Shown here piece after piece: positions 9,161-19,969 of a stretch of 64,000 nt of DNA; position 1 is the stretch's first letter; each line of letters starts with the position of its first letter. Both the position numbers and the translations under genes were made by a program. Below the pieces are notes generated by a model that ran no database searches, was not told the DNA's origin, and saw only the letters and a list, made by a program, of their open reading frames with translations. Origin of the DNA: a virus (taxonomy: Duplodnaviria > Caudoviricetes); IMG/VR virus record IMGVR_UViG_3300025689_000001, positions 1-64,000 of that record; one strand, written 5' to 3'.

Positions 9161-12100
9161 TATTGGTAGAAAGAATAAGAATTTTACGACACAGTGGAAT
9201 AAGTTACAGAATGAGTATGGTACAGAACTTGCATACCTTAATGGTTTTGGTGATGACCAGCTTTCTCTTGGTGAGTTTATTGACAACTTTGTTGATGAGC
9301 CGGTTGTAGCAGATAGCTCTATTGACTCAAACAGTAACGTAAGAAGAAAGGATATTGTAACACTTCTTTCAGAAATGCCTAAGCCTCATAGAAAGGTTAT
9401 GGCTTTTTAGAAGATTTATTATGAAATGTAGAAAGCATATGGCTTTAAGGCTGCTAACGAATGGCTTCGCCGCGACTGGACGGGAGAAATCTATATACAC
9501 GACGGAGATACAGCAACCTTTAAGTCTTATTGTTTTGCGTATGATTTAAAGGATTTGGCTGAGAAGGGACTTTATTTCCTTGGCGATACCTTCAATGCTA
9601 AGCCACCAAAGCACCTTACAACTTTTGTAGACTTCATAAAAGAGTTTATTAACTTTGCAAGTAATAGAACTTCGGGTGAATTTGCTGCGCCCATATGTTT
9701 CTTTTCTGCTAATCAGCAGGGTCGCATTTGCGGCTAACGGGGGAGGCTAAGTGAATGAATAATTCATATGTTAGTCCCGTGGGAATCATTAGAAAAGACA
9801 TCTACATTATTAGAAATGATATTAACACTAAGGTATATATAGGACAATCCTTAGATTCTGAACAGAGATTCAAATCTCATTGTAAGGGAGACTACGATAA
9901 TTCTTTAATTGATAAGGCAATTCAAAAATATGGATAGGAGCATTTCTGGTTTGAGATTCTTGAATCTCAAATAGAAAACTATAATGAAAGAGAACAATAT
10001 TGGATAAAATATTATAATTCATTAAAACCCTTTGGATATAATATTTTAAAAGGAGGAGAAACTCCACCAATACATTATGGCGATAATCATCCAAATGTAA
10101 AAATCTCAGACACGGATGTAGTCAAATTAAAACGAGACTTGTTAAAAACAGATATTTCATTATCTCAATTGGCAGATAAATATAGTATTTCAAAAAAACA
10201 AGTGTTAAGAATAAATCAAGGTATTAGTAGAGCATCTCTTAATGAAACTTATCCAATTAGAAAAAATCCAAATATGAATGGTAAATTGACAGAAGAAGAT
10301 GTAGATAATATCATAGATTTACTTAAATACACATATCGTTTTAATGGAGATATAGCGAGAGAATATAATGTTGAAGTTCATACTATATCAAAAATCAATA
10401 ATGGTATTATTCATCATCGAAATAACATTCAATATCCAATTCGTAATTGGAAAAGTTCTGGAATAAATTTATTTACTTATGAACAAGTAACTGAAATTAT
10501 TGAAGCCTTGTTAAAAACTAAAGAAAGTATTCAGTCTTTAGCAAAAAAATATAATGTAGATAGACGTGCTATTGAAAACATTAATCGTGGCACATCCAAA
10601 AAATATTTTCGAGAAGGACTGTCCTATCCTTTACGAAAATTCTAATGAAGCCTGTATCGACTATCCACGCTAAGTGGAGTACTCCTGCTATTGATACGCA
10701 GGGGGACAGAGAAACACTGCGACAAAGGTCGTAGGAAAATCCAGTCAGTTCCTATGGAAACATAGGAGTTCCGACGGCAGTCGGATTACCTAACCTTATT
10801 CCCTATATGTATTACTTCTGGAAAGAGGACCAGAAGAAAGCCTACTTCGGCATTACTGAATGGGACGAGTATGCTTATCAAAACATTCAGAGATTTATCT
10901 ATGCCGTTAACCAACCATGCGTAAGGGATAGAATCTAATTAGAACTGTCCATTTATTACTTTTCCAGTAATCACTGGGGTCACTTAAATAGTGGCTAACG
11001 AGGGAGCCTGAAGCCCCTGTCGGGAGACATAGGTATGGTAATCTCGTGGGAATCATTTAATTGCTCTAATAAAATAAATTAAAGGAGGTGAATAGATGGA
11101 AAAATATATTTATATAATTACAAATAATATCAACAATAAAGTTTATATTGGTCAATCCAATGACCCTAAATATAGATTTAATCAACATTGCCGCCCTAAT
11201 AATGATAATAGTTTAATAGATTTAGCTATACAAAAATATGGTAAAGAACATTTTACTATGTCAATATTAGAAGGTCCAATAAAAAATTATAATGAACGAG
11301 AAAAATATTATATACTTAAATATAATTCTTTAAGACCAAATGGCTATAATATTCTTGAAGGAGGAAATGAACCGCCTCTTTTTAAAGGTATTGAACATCC
11401 TGAAGCAAAATTTAAAACTAATATAGAATTAGAAAAAATTGTTTCAGATTTAAGATTTACAAAAAATAGTATAAGAGATATTGCGAAAAAATTTAATGTA
11501 TCTCCCTCTTGCGTAAGTGATATTAATTTAGGAAATACTTATTATAATTCAAATATTGAATATCCACTAAGAAAAAATCCTAATCCAACTGGCAAACTTG
11601 CTCAAGAAGATATTGAAGAAATTATCTATGCATTAAAGTTTAGTTATTTTTCTTATGAAGATATTGGAAAAAGATATGGAGTAGAGGGAAGGGCAATTTC
11701 AAGAATAAATAGTGGAACTTACCATAAGCAAGATAATATTTCTTATCCAATTAGACAATATCGGGCTACAAAAAACGCTGGTCAATTAACTTATCATCAA
11801 GTTTCAGAAATTATAGAGCTAATCTCTACGACAAAAATAAGTCTAAGGCAAATTGCATTACAATATAATGTAGCTCCAAATATAATAATTGGTATTAAAA
11901 ATGGTTCAACAAAAATGTATAGGAGAGATAATCTTATCTATCCACTTAGAGCAAATAATTAAATGAAGCCTGTATCGACTATCCTCGCGAAGAGGAGTAC
12001 CTCCGCTATTGATACGCGGGGGGAAAGAGTAATATTACTTTTAATTAAGTAATAAAAAATAGTCAGCGCATAATGAAAATTATGATAACGTGGGTCAGCA

Positions 12101-15100
12101 GTCTGCTTTTACAAATACATCTGTATTTGACAGAGAGTATCTTATGGCACTTTTCGGCGGAGCACAGTTCCCTAACGGTGAAGACATGGTTGACCACATT
12201 GATGGTATTATGGACTTCCAGAAACTTTATATGAAAGCTATGAGCGATATTCGTTCAGAGAATATGTTTACTTTCCCTGTTTCTACAATTTCACTTATAA
12301 GAAAGAATGGAGAGTTCCTCGACCCTGAGTTTGCGGAGTGGGCTATTGGACATAATATTAAATGGAGTGACTCAAACCTCTTTATTGATGATAATGTTTC
12401 AAGTCTTTCTAACTGTTGCCGCCTTAAGAGTGATATTCGTGACCTTGGGTATGTAATAAATGCCCTATTATCCCTTTACCAGTAATCTCTGGGGTATACT
12501 TTAAAGTATGCTAACGGGGAAACCTGAAGCCCTGTCGTGAGACATAGGTATGGCAATCCCGTGGGAAGTCTTTTCATCTATAATTTCTCTCAGCTAGAGA
12601 GGTGATATAGTGAAGAAAAGCATTTATGTAATTAAAAATAAAATTAATAATAAAGTTTATGTAGGTCAAGCAATAGACCCACAACGTAGATTTATAGCTC
12701 ATTTATCAAGAGCTAAAACAAATGTTGATAACTCTCCTATTCATGATGCAATAGAAGCATTAGGTAAAGAAAACTTCTATTATGAAATTTTAGAAAAAGA
12801 TATTGAAGATTATAATGAAAAGGAGAAATATTGGATAAAAAAATTGAATTGTAAACTTCCTAATGGATATAATTTGACAGATGGTGGCGAAGAACCACCA
12901 ACGTTTTATGGAGAAAATCATCCAAGAAGCGTTATACTTGATGAAACAGTATATAATATTATTGATGATTTAAAATGGAGTAAATTAACACAAGTACAAA
13001 TTGCAGAAAAATATGATGTTAATACACAAATGATTACTTCAATTAATAATGGTATAACTCATAAAATGGATTATGTTGATTATCCAATTAGAAAAGGAAC
13101 ACCATATCATTTATTACCAGAAGAGGTTGATAATATACAATGGTTATTACTTAATAGGGAATTTACAATAAAGACTATTGCAGAATACTTTCATGTATCG
13201 GAAGGAACAATAAAACACATAAATGCTGGAAGAAATTATAAAAATTCTGCTCTATCTTATCCTTTAAAAACAGGTAGAGCAAAAGGTGAAAAGGAACCTG
13301 TATCGACTATCCTCGCCAAGAGGAGTACACTTACTATTGATACGTAAGTGGAAATGGGGATATGCTTACACAGGATATGTAAGTATAAGAGATAGTCAGT
13401 GCCCACAGAAATGTGGGATTACATGATTTTAATTCCATCGGTGGTACTGCTTTGAAGGTTGGTTCTGTTAAGGTTAATACAATTAATCTTGCAAGACTTG
13501 CACTTGATACAAACACAAAAGAAGAGTATCTTGAAGAGCTGAAGGCAAGAACACTTTGCGTTGTTCGTTCACTTCATGTTGTCCGCCATATCATTGAAAG
13601 AAACGTTGAGAAAGGATTGCTTCCTAATTTCTCATATGGTCTTATTGATTTTGAACACCTTTATAATACAATCGGTTTCATTGGTATCTATGAGACAATG
13701 AAGAAGTTCGGTTGCACATATCAGGACAAACTCGGCAACACCTATTACACTCAGGAAGCCGCAGACTTCGGCAAGAAGATTTTCGATACCATGAGAGAGG
13801 TTGCTGATAAGTTTCTTGAGGAAGGCGGCTATGATTATAAGATTAACACAGAGCAGATTCCTAAACATCACTGGGAATGCGTGGCATAACGTCAAATAAA
13901 CCACGAAAAATAAAAAGTTCCACTAATTGACTTGGAGTTCTTTATAAGTTAGCGTTTCTTATAAAGATAACAGGGCGCAAGCGTAATGGTAGCGTGAACG
14001 ACTAAATGTGGAACCTCCAAATTGACTGAAAATATTGGAGATGCGATAGTCTGAACTCACTTATATATTGAAGAGTGAGAGAAATGGTCAAGAGTAAAGA
14101 CTCTTTAAAGAAGAACCATTTCCGCCAAATATATAAAGGAGTTGAAATGAAATGGATATATTAAATAGTTCAGGCTTTAAAATTGGAGTCGCTAAAATTG
14201 ATGGGGATTTAATTATCATAAATAATAATAATAAACCACTTTTAATTATAGAAGACGATTTAGAACTAATTCAAAAAATCAAAAATAAAGATGAAAGTGG
14301 TTTTGAAATATTGTTTAATAAATATTATCTCTTGATAGGAGAAATCGCCGCCCTTTATAATATGACTTATTCTACTACAAGAAAACATATGATAAAAATG
14401 GGCATTGATACAAAATCTAAAGCAGGACGCAGAAATTCGTCTTATGGAAAAACTTTTTCAGATGAACGAAAAGCAAAAATTGGTGCCGCGTCAAAAGGCA
14501 GAAAAATTACTCCCTATGAAAGGACTCCAGAAATTAAAAATAAGATTTCTGAAAGTTTATTAAAATATTATTCAGAGCATGAAGTTAGCGAAGAAACAAG
14601 AATAAAATTATCTCAAGCGTGGAAAGATGGCAAGTATGAAAATGCCAATATGGGACGTGGATATAATGGATTCTTTTACTCTATTAAAAATAATAAAAAA
14701 TTCTTTTTCAGAAGTTTGTTAGAACTATGTTATTTGATACAAATAGAAAACAATAAAGATATTTCTTTTTATGATATTGAACCATTTCAAATTAAACTAC
14801 CTAATAATCATCATTATACTCCAGACGTATTTTTAAATGGAGAAATTTTAATTGAATTAAAACCTAAAAAGCATTTATTATATGAAGATGAAGAAAGATT
14901 TAATTTAGAGGTATCTTCCGCAGAAGAATATTGCAAAAAACATAATTTAACTTTTAAAGTTATTTATGATGAAGATTTAGGTTTTAGAAGTGATAAATTT
15001 AAAAGATGGTTATTAAATAATAAAGAAGATTTAAGTAAATATCAAATTACTTTTTCTTCTAAAGATATTTGGTCATAAAAGTAACAGATTGGGTGAAAAC

Positions 15101-15580
15101 GCCGCTGCTAAGTTAATGAAGAAGGACCAGTTCTTCTATCCTGATGCTGATATTTACGATTTGCCGCTTTACGGTAATCAGTTCATGCCACTTGGTATTA
15201 AGGCTACTTTACAGGAAAGAGTTCGTGTTCAAGCTATGTTTGACGGATTCTGCAATGGTGGCTCAATTCTTCATGCGAACATTGATGCTCCATTCAAGAA
15301 CTATGAAACTGCAAGACAGATGGTTGAATATATCGCAGACCAGGGCGTAACCTATTTCGCATTCAATACAAAGATTCAGGCTTGCGAAGACAACCACTCT
15401 TTCTATGGAACTACTTGTCCTATTTGCGGTAAGCCTATTGCAACAGAGTATACTCGTGTCGTTGGTTTCTTAACTCCTGTTAAGACTTGGACAAAGGCAA
15501 GAAAGGCAGAGTATAAGATGAGAAGATGGGAGAAGATTAAATATGACCCTACTAACACCACAAGAGAGGGAGAGGATTAA
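9153..15580 (+). CDS. nrdD: Class III anaerobic ribonucleotide reductase, 5 exons (9153-9677, 10777-10929, 12093-12450, 13426-13862, 15092-15580), 653 aa spliced, 2 in-frame TAG in exon 1
   Basis: Junctions restore NRTSG|AVGLPN, RD|GQQSAFTN, DLG(Y)FNSIGG, EQIP|GENAA; SNCCRL finger loop; C-terminal Zn site and YTRVVGFL glycyl-radical motif; exon total 1962 nt, in frame. Confidence 0.93.
9678..10776 (+). mobile_element. Group I intron nrdD-I1
   Basis: 5' exon ends in U, intron ends in G; IGS CTGC-GCCC pairs 3' exon GCAG and 5' exon GGGT; core GCTAACGGGG, CCCGTGGGA, CGACTAT, AGTC. Confidence 0.9.
9755..10645 (+). CDS. Intron-encoded GIY-YIG homing endonuclease with 3 HTH-like repeats; 1 TAG
   Basis: DIYII...VYIGQS; TAG 9935-9937 joins ORFs 9755-9937 and 10139-10645; three IN.G...YP(I/L)R repeats. 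Confidence 0.88.
10930..12092 (+). mobile_element. Group I intron nrdD-I2
   Basis: GGAT| pairs IGS GTCC, 3' exon GGT pairs ACT; ends ...ACGTG; same core motifs as I1. Confidence 0.9.
11096..11962 (+). CDS. Intron-encoded GIY-YIG homing endonuclease with 3 repeats
   Basis: YIYII...VYIGQS, RF.QH, E..YI, GYN; three YP(L/I)R repeats. Confidence 0.9.
   Translation: MEKYIYIITNNINNKVYIGQSNDPKYRFNQHCRPNNDNSLIDLAIQKYGKEHFTMSILEGPIKNYNEREKYYILKYNSLRPNGYNILEGGNEPPLFKGIEHPEAKFKTNIELEKIVSDLRFTKNSIRDIAKKFNVSPSCVSDINLGNTYYNSNIEYPLRKNPNPTGKLAQEDIEEIIYALKFSYFSYEDIGKRYGVEGRAISRINSGTYHKQDNISYPIRQYRATKNAGQLTYHQVSEIIELISTTKISLRQIALQYNVAPNIIIGIKNGSTKMYRRDNLIYPLRANN
12451..13425 (+). mobile_element. Group I intron nrdD-I3
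   Basis: Splits the Tyr codon T|AT; IGS AAAT-GCCC pairs both exons; P7 GACTA/TAGTC; ends in G. Confidence 0.9.
12610..13347 (+). CDS. Intron-encoded GIY-YIG homing endonuclease with 2 repeats; 3' end runs into P7
   Basis: SIYVI...VYVGQA; two IN.G...YP repeats; last codons overlap CCTGTATCGACTAT. Confidence 0.88.
   Translation: MKKSIYVIKNKINNKVYVGQAIDPQRRFIAHLSRAKTNVDNSPIHDAIEALGKENFYYEILEKDIEDYNEKEKYWIKKLNCKLPNGYNLTDGGEEPPTFYGENHPRSVILDETVYNIIDDLKWSKLTQVQIAEKYDVNTQMITSINNGITHKMDYVDYPIRKGTPYHLLPEEVDNIQWLLLNREFTIKTIAEYFHVSEGTIKHINAGRNYKNSALSYPLKTGRAKGEKEPVSTILAKRSTLTIDT
13863..15091 (+). mobile_element. Group I intron nrdD-I4 (different core type, HEG 3' of P7)
   Basis: ATTCCT| pairs IGS GGGAAT, 3' exon GGTGA pairs TCACT; GAACGACTAA...GATAGTCTG core; HEG looped out by CCAAATAT/ATATTTGG. 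Confidence 0.88.
14152..15078 (+). CDS. Intron-encoded endonuclease, NUMOD3-like repeats plus TnsA-like PD-(D/E)XK domain
   Basis: FSDERKAKIG, SEETRIKLS repeats; FRSLLE...YTPD...IELKP. Confidence 0.75.
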   Translation: MDILNSSGFKIGVAKIDGDLIIINNNNKPLLIIEDDLELIQKIKNKDESGFEILFNKYYLLIGEIAALYNMTYSTTRKHMIKMGIDTKSKAGRRNSSYGKTFSDERKAKIGAASKGRKITPYERTPEIKNKISESLLKYYSEHEVSEETRIKLSQAWKDGKYENANMGRGYNGFFYSIKNNKKFFFRSLLELCYLIQIENNKDISFYDIEPFQIKLPNNHHYTPDVFLNGEILIELKPKKHLLYEDEERFNLEVSSAEEYCKKHNLTFKVIYDEDLGFRSDKFKRWLLNNKEDLSKYQITFSSKDIWS

Positions 15581-15806
15581 TAAGCTATGTGAGGAGGCAG
15601 CAACTTAGCTGCCTTCTCCTTTAACTCCTCCAGAGAAAATTGAGATAAATGTAAAGTATGAAATATCGCCGCAAGACTTAGAGGTATTAAGAGATATATT
15701 CGGTCAGATATATGAAGATACTTTTGGGAGATATGACAATCCTAATATGTGGACTTTTGCGGAGTTTAAAAAGGAGAGTAATGATGGAAATAAAGAATCT
15801 AATTGA
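15543..15806 (+). CDS. Hypothetical 87-aa protein, one in-frame TAG
   Basis: ATG 15543 after GGAG; TAG 15606; TGA 15804-15806; fills the nrdD-nrdG gap. Confidence 0.5.
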
Positions 15807-16353
15807 TGAAGACTTTGTTCAATATAGAAAGCCATCAATGTTTATCGGTATGCCCCATTGTACTTTCAAATGTGATAAAGAGTGCGGCCGTAATGTTTGT
15901 CAGAATTCTGACCTTGCACTCGCGCCCACAATTGATATGAATTTAGTAGAAATAGCAACAAGGTTCTATGAAAATCCAATAACCAAGGCGGTTGTTTTTG
16001 GAGGACTCGAACCATTTGATGATTTCGATGATATGATTGAACTTATCAAGGTCTTTGAAGCTTTATACAAAACTTGTTTTGATATTAAAGAGATGCCTGA
16101 TATAGTTATCTATACAGGATACTATCCTCATGAGATTGAAAATTTGCTTCTAAGGCTTCAGAATGAAACAACCGAAGCAAAGATAATCGTGAAGTTCGGG
16201 CGTTTTATTCCTGATAGACCGAGCCGTTTTAGTACGAATCTTGGAGTGGAACTTGCAAGCGAAAATCAGTTTGCCGCTTGCTTGAGAAATGTTCACAATA
16301 TGGAGGCACTTAAAAAGGCTGGGTTTGAATTTAAGGAGCGAGGAAATATATGA
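15781..16353 (+). CDS. nrdG: Anaerobic RNR activating protein (radical SAM)
   Basis: CTFKCDKEC...CQN, VFGGLEP, IYTGY, VKFGRF, LASENQ; AAGGAG RBS before 15781/15784. Confidence 0.88.
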   Translation: MMEIKNLIDEDFVQYRKPSMFIGMPHCTFKCDKECGRNVCQNSDLALAPTIDMNLVEIATRFYENPITKAVVFGGLEPFDDFDDMIELIKVFEALYKTCFDIKEMPDIVIYTGYYPHEIENLLLRLQNETTEAKIIVKFGRFIPDRPSRFSTNLGVELASENQFAACLRNVHNMEALKKAGFEFKERGNI

Positions 16354-17240
16354 AGGATTTAATTATACTTGGAAATGGAATGGCAGGAATGACTGCCGCA
16401 TTATATGCAAAAAGAGCAAATCTTAATTTTGATATTATTGGAAAAGATAGCTATGACTTCGGACAGATTGGTAACGCAATTCTTGTTGAGAACTATCCCT
16501 GTTCAGAAAGTAAGAGCGGCTTTGATTTAGCAATGTCTCTCCATGACCAGCTTGAAGCCAATGGTGTTGAAATCAAGGAGCACGAAATAGAGGACATTTT
16601 TAAATTTGATGACTATTACCGTATCTATTGTGCAGACGGCGAATCATTTGAAACGAAAACTATTATCTATGCTTTGGGCGCAAATCATAGAGAATTAAAA
16701 ACTATTGACCAGAATGTCCCAGTACATTATTGTGCGCTTTGTGATGGAGCGTTATACAAAGATAAGCGTGTCGCAGTTATCGGCGGAGGAGATGTTGCTT
16801 TCACACAAGCAGAATATCTTTCAAAGATTTGTAAAGAAGTACGCATCTTAATGTGCGATAGTAATGTTACTGCTTCTCCTTCCACTTTTGAAAGAGTTTC
16901 AAAAATTCATAATGTTTACATAGATTATGATTGCCCTGTAACAAGAGTTACTAAAGATACGAATGGAGTTCTATGGATATGGTGTAAAGGAGTAAGAGGA
17001 CCAATATTTGCAGAAGGAATCTTTGTATCAATTGGAATGATTCCTAATACCTCTATTCTTCATTTTGTAAGTCTTACAGGGAATGGCTATATTCCTGCTG
17101 ATGAAACTGGTGTAACTGATTGCCCAGGTTTCTTCGCCGCCGGAGACGTTAGAACGAAAAAGGTTCGCCAAAGCATAACTGCCGCTTCTGACGGAGCGAA
17201 TGCGGTTCAGTCTGTAATAGACTATTTAAAGAGTCACTAA
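16350..17240 (+). CDS. trxB: Thioredoxin reductase
   Basis: GxGxAG FAD motif, YCALCDG redox CxxC, VIGGGD, GFFAAGDVR. Confidence 0.9.
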   Translation: MKDLIILGNGMAGMTAALYAKRANLNFDIIGKDSYDFGQIGNAILVENYPCSESKSGFDLAMSLHDQLEANGVEIKEHEIEDIFKFDDYYRIYCADGESFETKTIIYALGANHRELKTIDQNVPVHYCALCDGALYKDKRVAVIGGGDVAFTQAEYLSKICKEVRILMCDSNVTASPSTFERVSKIHNVYIDYDCPVTRVTKDTNGVLWIWCKGVRGPIFAEGIFVSIGMIPNTSILHFVSLTGNGYIPADETGVTDCPGFFAAGDVRTKKVRQSITAASDGANAVQSVIDYLKSH

Positions 17241-17270
17241 TTGTATGGACCATATCGGAGATGATACTTT

Positions 17271-17480
17271 ATGAATAAATGTGATTTTTGTATTTGTAAA
17301 ACTTGTGCCATTGCTTATTATAATGGCGGAGCGCCAGGATGCGGAGATTGCTGGCTTTGTGAAGGAACACCAAATTAGCATGGAGTAACGGCTTGTCATG
17401 AATATTACAACCCAACTCCACGCGAGAGAAAACCAAGTCCATACGATGAAATAAAAGGTGAGAAAGAAAGTCAAGAGTAA
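17271..17480 (+). CDS. Small Cys-rich protein (69 aa, 8 Cys), one in-frame TAG
   Basis: MNKCDFCICKTC...GCGDCWLCEGTPN[TAG]HGVTACHEYY; GGAG RBS; TAA 17478-17480. Confidence 0.65.
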
Positions 17481-17483
17481 TTC

Positions 17484-17512
17484 TTGACTTTTCTTTTATT
17501 TTATGGTAAAAT
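17484..17512 (+). promoter_or_regulatory. sigmaA-type promoter whose -35 is the 3' arm of an inverted repeat
   Basis: AAAGTCAAGAG-TAAT-TCTTGACTTT; TTGACT-17-(TG)TAAAAT. Confidence 0.65.
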
Positions 17513-17544
17513 AAAGTATAGAAAAATGAAAAGGAGTGGATATA

Positions 17545-18126
17545 ATGGAAAAGTCTTGGTGTGTTTATAAACATGCTCTTCCAGATGGGCGATGTTATAT
17601 TGGATAGACTTGTGATATAGCAACCCGATGGAAACCAAGCGCCTACAAAAATTGTGTAAAGTTTTATTCTGCCATTTAGAAATATGGGTGGGAAAATTTT
17701 AATCACGAAATATTAGTAGATAATCTTACACTTAAAGAGGCTAATCATTTAGAAGAAGAATATATTAAAAAATATAATTCAATTGAAAAAGGCTTTAATT
17801 TAAATAGCGGTGGAGAAAATAAATTACATTCGCAAGAAACTAAAAATAAAATGAGCCAAACAAGAAAAGGAATATCTCATTCATAGGAACATAATGAAGC
17901 TATTTCTAATGCTCTTATGGGAAAGAAGAAAACTCCTGAACATATACGCAATAATCAATTAGCTCAACACCGAAAGCCAGTTGAGTGTATTGAAACAGGA
18001 GAAAAATATGAAAGTTTATCTGATGCCGAGCGGAAAACAGGAATTTTAGGAGAGACAATAAGTAGATGCTGTAGAGGTAAACAGAAAACTGCAAGCGGCT
18101 TTCATTGGAGGTTTATAAATGAGTAA
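17545..18126 (+). CDS. Free-standing GIY-YIG homing endonuclease with NUMOD3/NUMOD1 domains; 2 TAG
   Basis: CVYKH...CYIG[TAG]T, AI[TAG]KYGW, GFN, HSQETKNKMS, KPVECIETG...KTASGFHWRF. Confidence 0.88.
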
Positions 18127-19966
18127 TTATAATATTGATAATATTCAACATTTAAATACCCGTGAAGCTATGAGAGCTAAAATACCCATGTATCTTGGTT
18201 CTGATACCACAGACGGTATTTATCAAGCCTTAAAAGAAATTATAAATAATTCTACTGATGAGGCTCTTGTTGGTTACGGCAAGGAAGTTGACATACTTCT
18301 TAACGAAGAAACCAATGAAGTTACTGTTAGAGATTATGGTCGTGGAGTTCCTTTTGGAATAAAAGATGGTCGTAATATTCTTGTTGCAATTTATACTGAA
18401 AGTCACACTGGTGGAAAATTTGACAAAGGCGCATATAAAAATAGCTCAGGACTTAATGGTATTGGTGGAACAGCAGTTTGTATGAGCTCTTCAAAATTTA
18501 TTGTCAAATCTGAAAGAGATAATACTGCTGCAATAGCTTATTTTGAAGAAGGCATACTTAAAGATTATAAAGAAATACCTTATGAAGGTAATACTACTGG
18601 TACTACTGTAACTTTTATACCAGATAAAAAGGTCTTTATTAATGATACTGAAGGATTCTCTTATGAAAGAATTTGTGATGAAATTAAGAACATCGCATAT
18701 CTTAACAAGGGAATCAAGTTTATTGTTGAAACTACTCAGGGAAGGAAAAAGGAATTCTATTCTGAAAACGGTATTGCTGATTTCATTAAGGATAAGGTAA
18801 AGAATCCTCTTATGAATGCTCCCATCATCGCATCTGCAAAAGACGAAACCGATGAGCTGGAAATTGCGTTTATGTGGACTGCTGACCCAACACAGGAATA
18901 CGTTTTCGTAAATGGTCTTTATTGTCCATTTGGCGGCTCTCCTGTAACTGGTGCAAAGACAAAGATTACTACAAAGATTAAGGCTTTAAGTGGTAAGTCT
19001 TTTGACCCTGAACTTATCCGTAAAGGACTTGTATTTGCAATTAACTGTAAGGTAGCAAATCCTTCTTTCGCAAACCAGACAAAGAGCAAGATTAACAACC
19101 CTAATCTTCGTACTCTTGCATCAGAAGCATTTGATAAAGGACTGTCAGAGTTCGCAAATCTTCCTGAGTGTGCCGCATTAATTGAGTCTCTTGAAAAGTT
19201 CCAGAAAGCTGAAAAAGCTGCTGACGCAATCAGAGAGAAGATTCTTAATGCCGCAAAAGAAGTAAGTGAAATGAGAACTAAGAAGGGCATGATTCTTAGT
19301 AAGGTAAGTGATGCCAAAGTTCTTGGAGAAAATTCTCGTCTCCTTATCTGTGAGGGTAAATCTGCAAGCGGTTCTGCAAAGAAAGGTAGAGATAAAGACC
19401 TTCATGGTATCTTTGAAGCTCGTGGTAAGATTATTAACGGATTAAGCTGTTCTGAAGATAAGTTCCTTGATAACGATGAAATTAAACAGCTCCAGGTTGC
19501 AGTTGGTTTTGACTATGGTAAGCCATTCAATCCGAAGAAAGCAAGATACGGTTATATCGACTTCTTCGTTGACCCTGATGTCGATGGTCTTCATATCTTC
19601 TTACTTGGTCTTGTTGCTATTTGGAAGATTTGTCCAGATTTCGTAAGACAGGGAAGAGTAGGTTGGTTCCATGCTCCTCTTTTCATCGTGGAGAATAAGG
19701 GTAAACAGACATATTTCTACACTGACGAAGATTACAACGAGAGAGGAAGAAAACTCCCCGGTAATGTAAGACGTGTAAAGGGTCTTGGTTTGCTTGAAAA
19801 GAGAGAACTCCGTGAAGCAATTTTCGATTGCCCTGAAGCACATGAAGTTTTTGAATATACTCCCGAAGCTATGGAAGCTCTTGAAGCACTTATGGGTGCA
19901 GACGTTGGACCTAAGAAAGAGTTCATTTTCGAGCATATTGACTTCAGCAAGTATGGTGAAATGTAA
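18119..19966 (+). CDS. gyrB: Type IIA topoisomerase subunit B (GyrB/ParE)
   Basis: EIINNSTDE, DYGRGVP, HTGGKF, SSGLNGIG, ICEGKSA, RGKIIN, DPDVDG, KGLG. Confidence 0.9.
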   Translation: MSNYNIDNIQHLNTREAMRAKIPMYLGSDTTDGIYQALKEIINNSTDEALVGYGKEVDILLNEETNEVTVRDYGRGVPFGIKDGRNILVAIYTESHTGGKFDKGAYKNSSGLNGIGGTAVCMSSSKFIVKSERDNTAAIAYFEEGILKDYKEIPYEGNTTGTTVTFIPDKKVFINDTEGFSYERICDEIKNIAYLNKGIKFIVETTQGRKKEFYSENGIADFIKDKVKNPLMNAPIIASAKDETDELEIAFMWTADPTQEYVFVNGLYCPFGGSPVTGAKTKITTKIKALSGKSFDPELIRKGLVFAINCKVANPSFANQTKSKINNPNLRTLASEAFDKGLSEFANLPECAALIESLEKFQKAEKAADAIREKILNAAKEVSEMRTKKGMILSKVSDAKVLGENSRLLICEGKSASGSAKKGRDKDLHGIFEARGKIINGLSCSEDKFLDNDEIKQLQVAVGFDYGKPFNPKKARYGYIDFFVDPDVDGLHIFLLGLVAIWKICPDFVRQGRVGWFHAPLFIVENKGKQTYFYTDEDYNERGRKLPGNVRRVKGLGLLEKRELREAIFDCPEAHEVFEYTPEAMEALEALMGADVGPKKEFIFEHIDFSKYGEM

Positions 19967-19969
19967 TAT

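Noticed and set aside
11006-11040. CTGAAGC...hairpin motif in introns as a hammerhead ribozyme
   Set aside because: Lacks the CUGAUGA/GAAA core; position and GNRA-capped stem fit a peripheral P5 extension of the group I intron
15712-15780. N-terminal extension of NrdG in the ORF track
   Set aside because: The RBS precedes 15781/15784 and the region is better explained by the 15543-15806 gene
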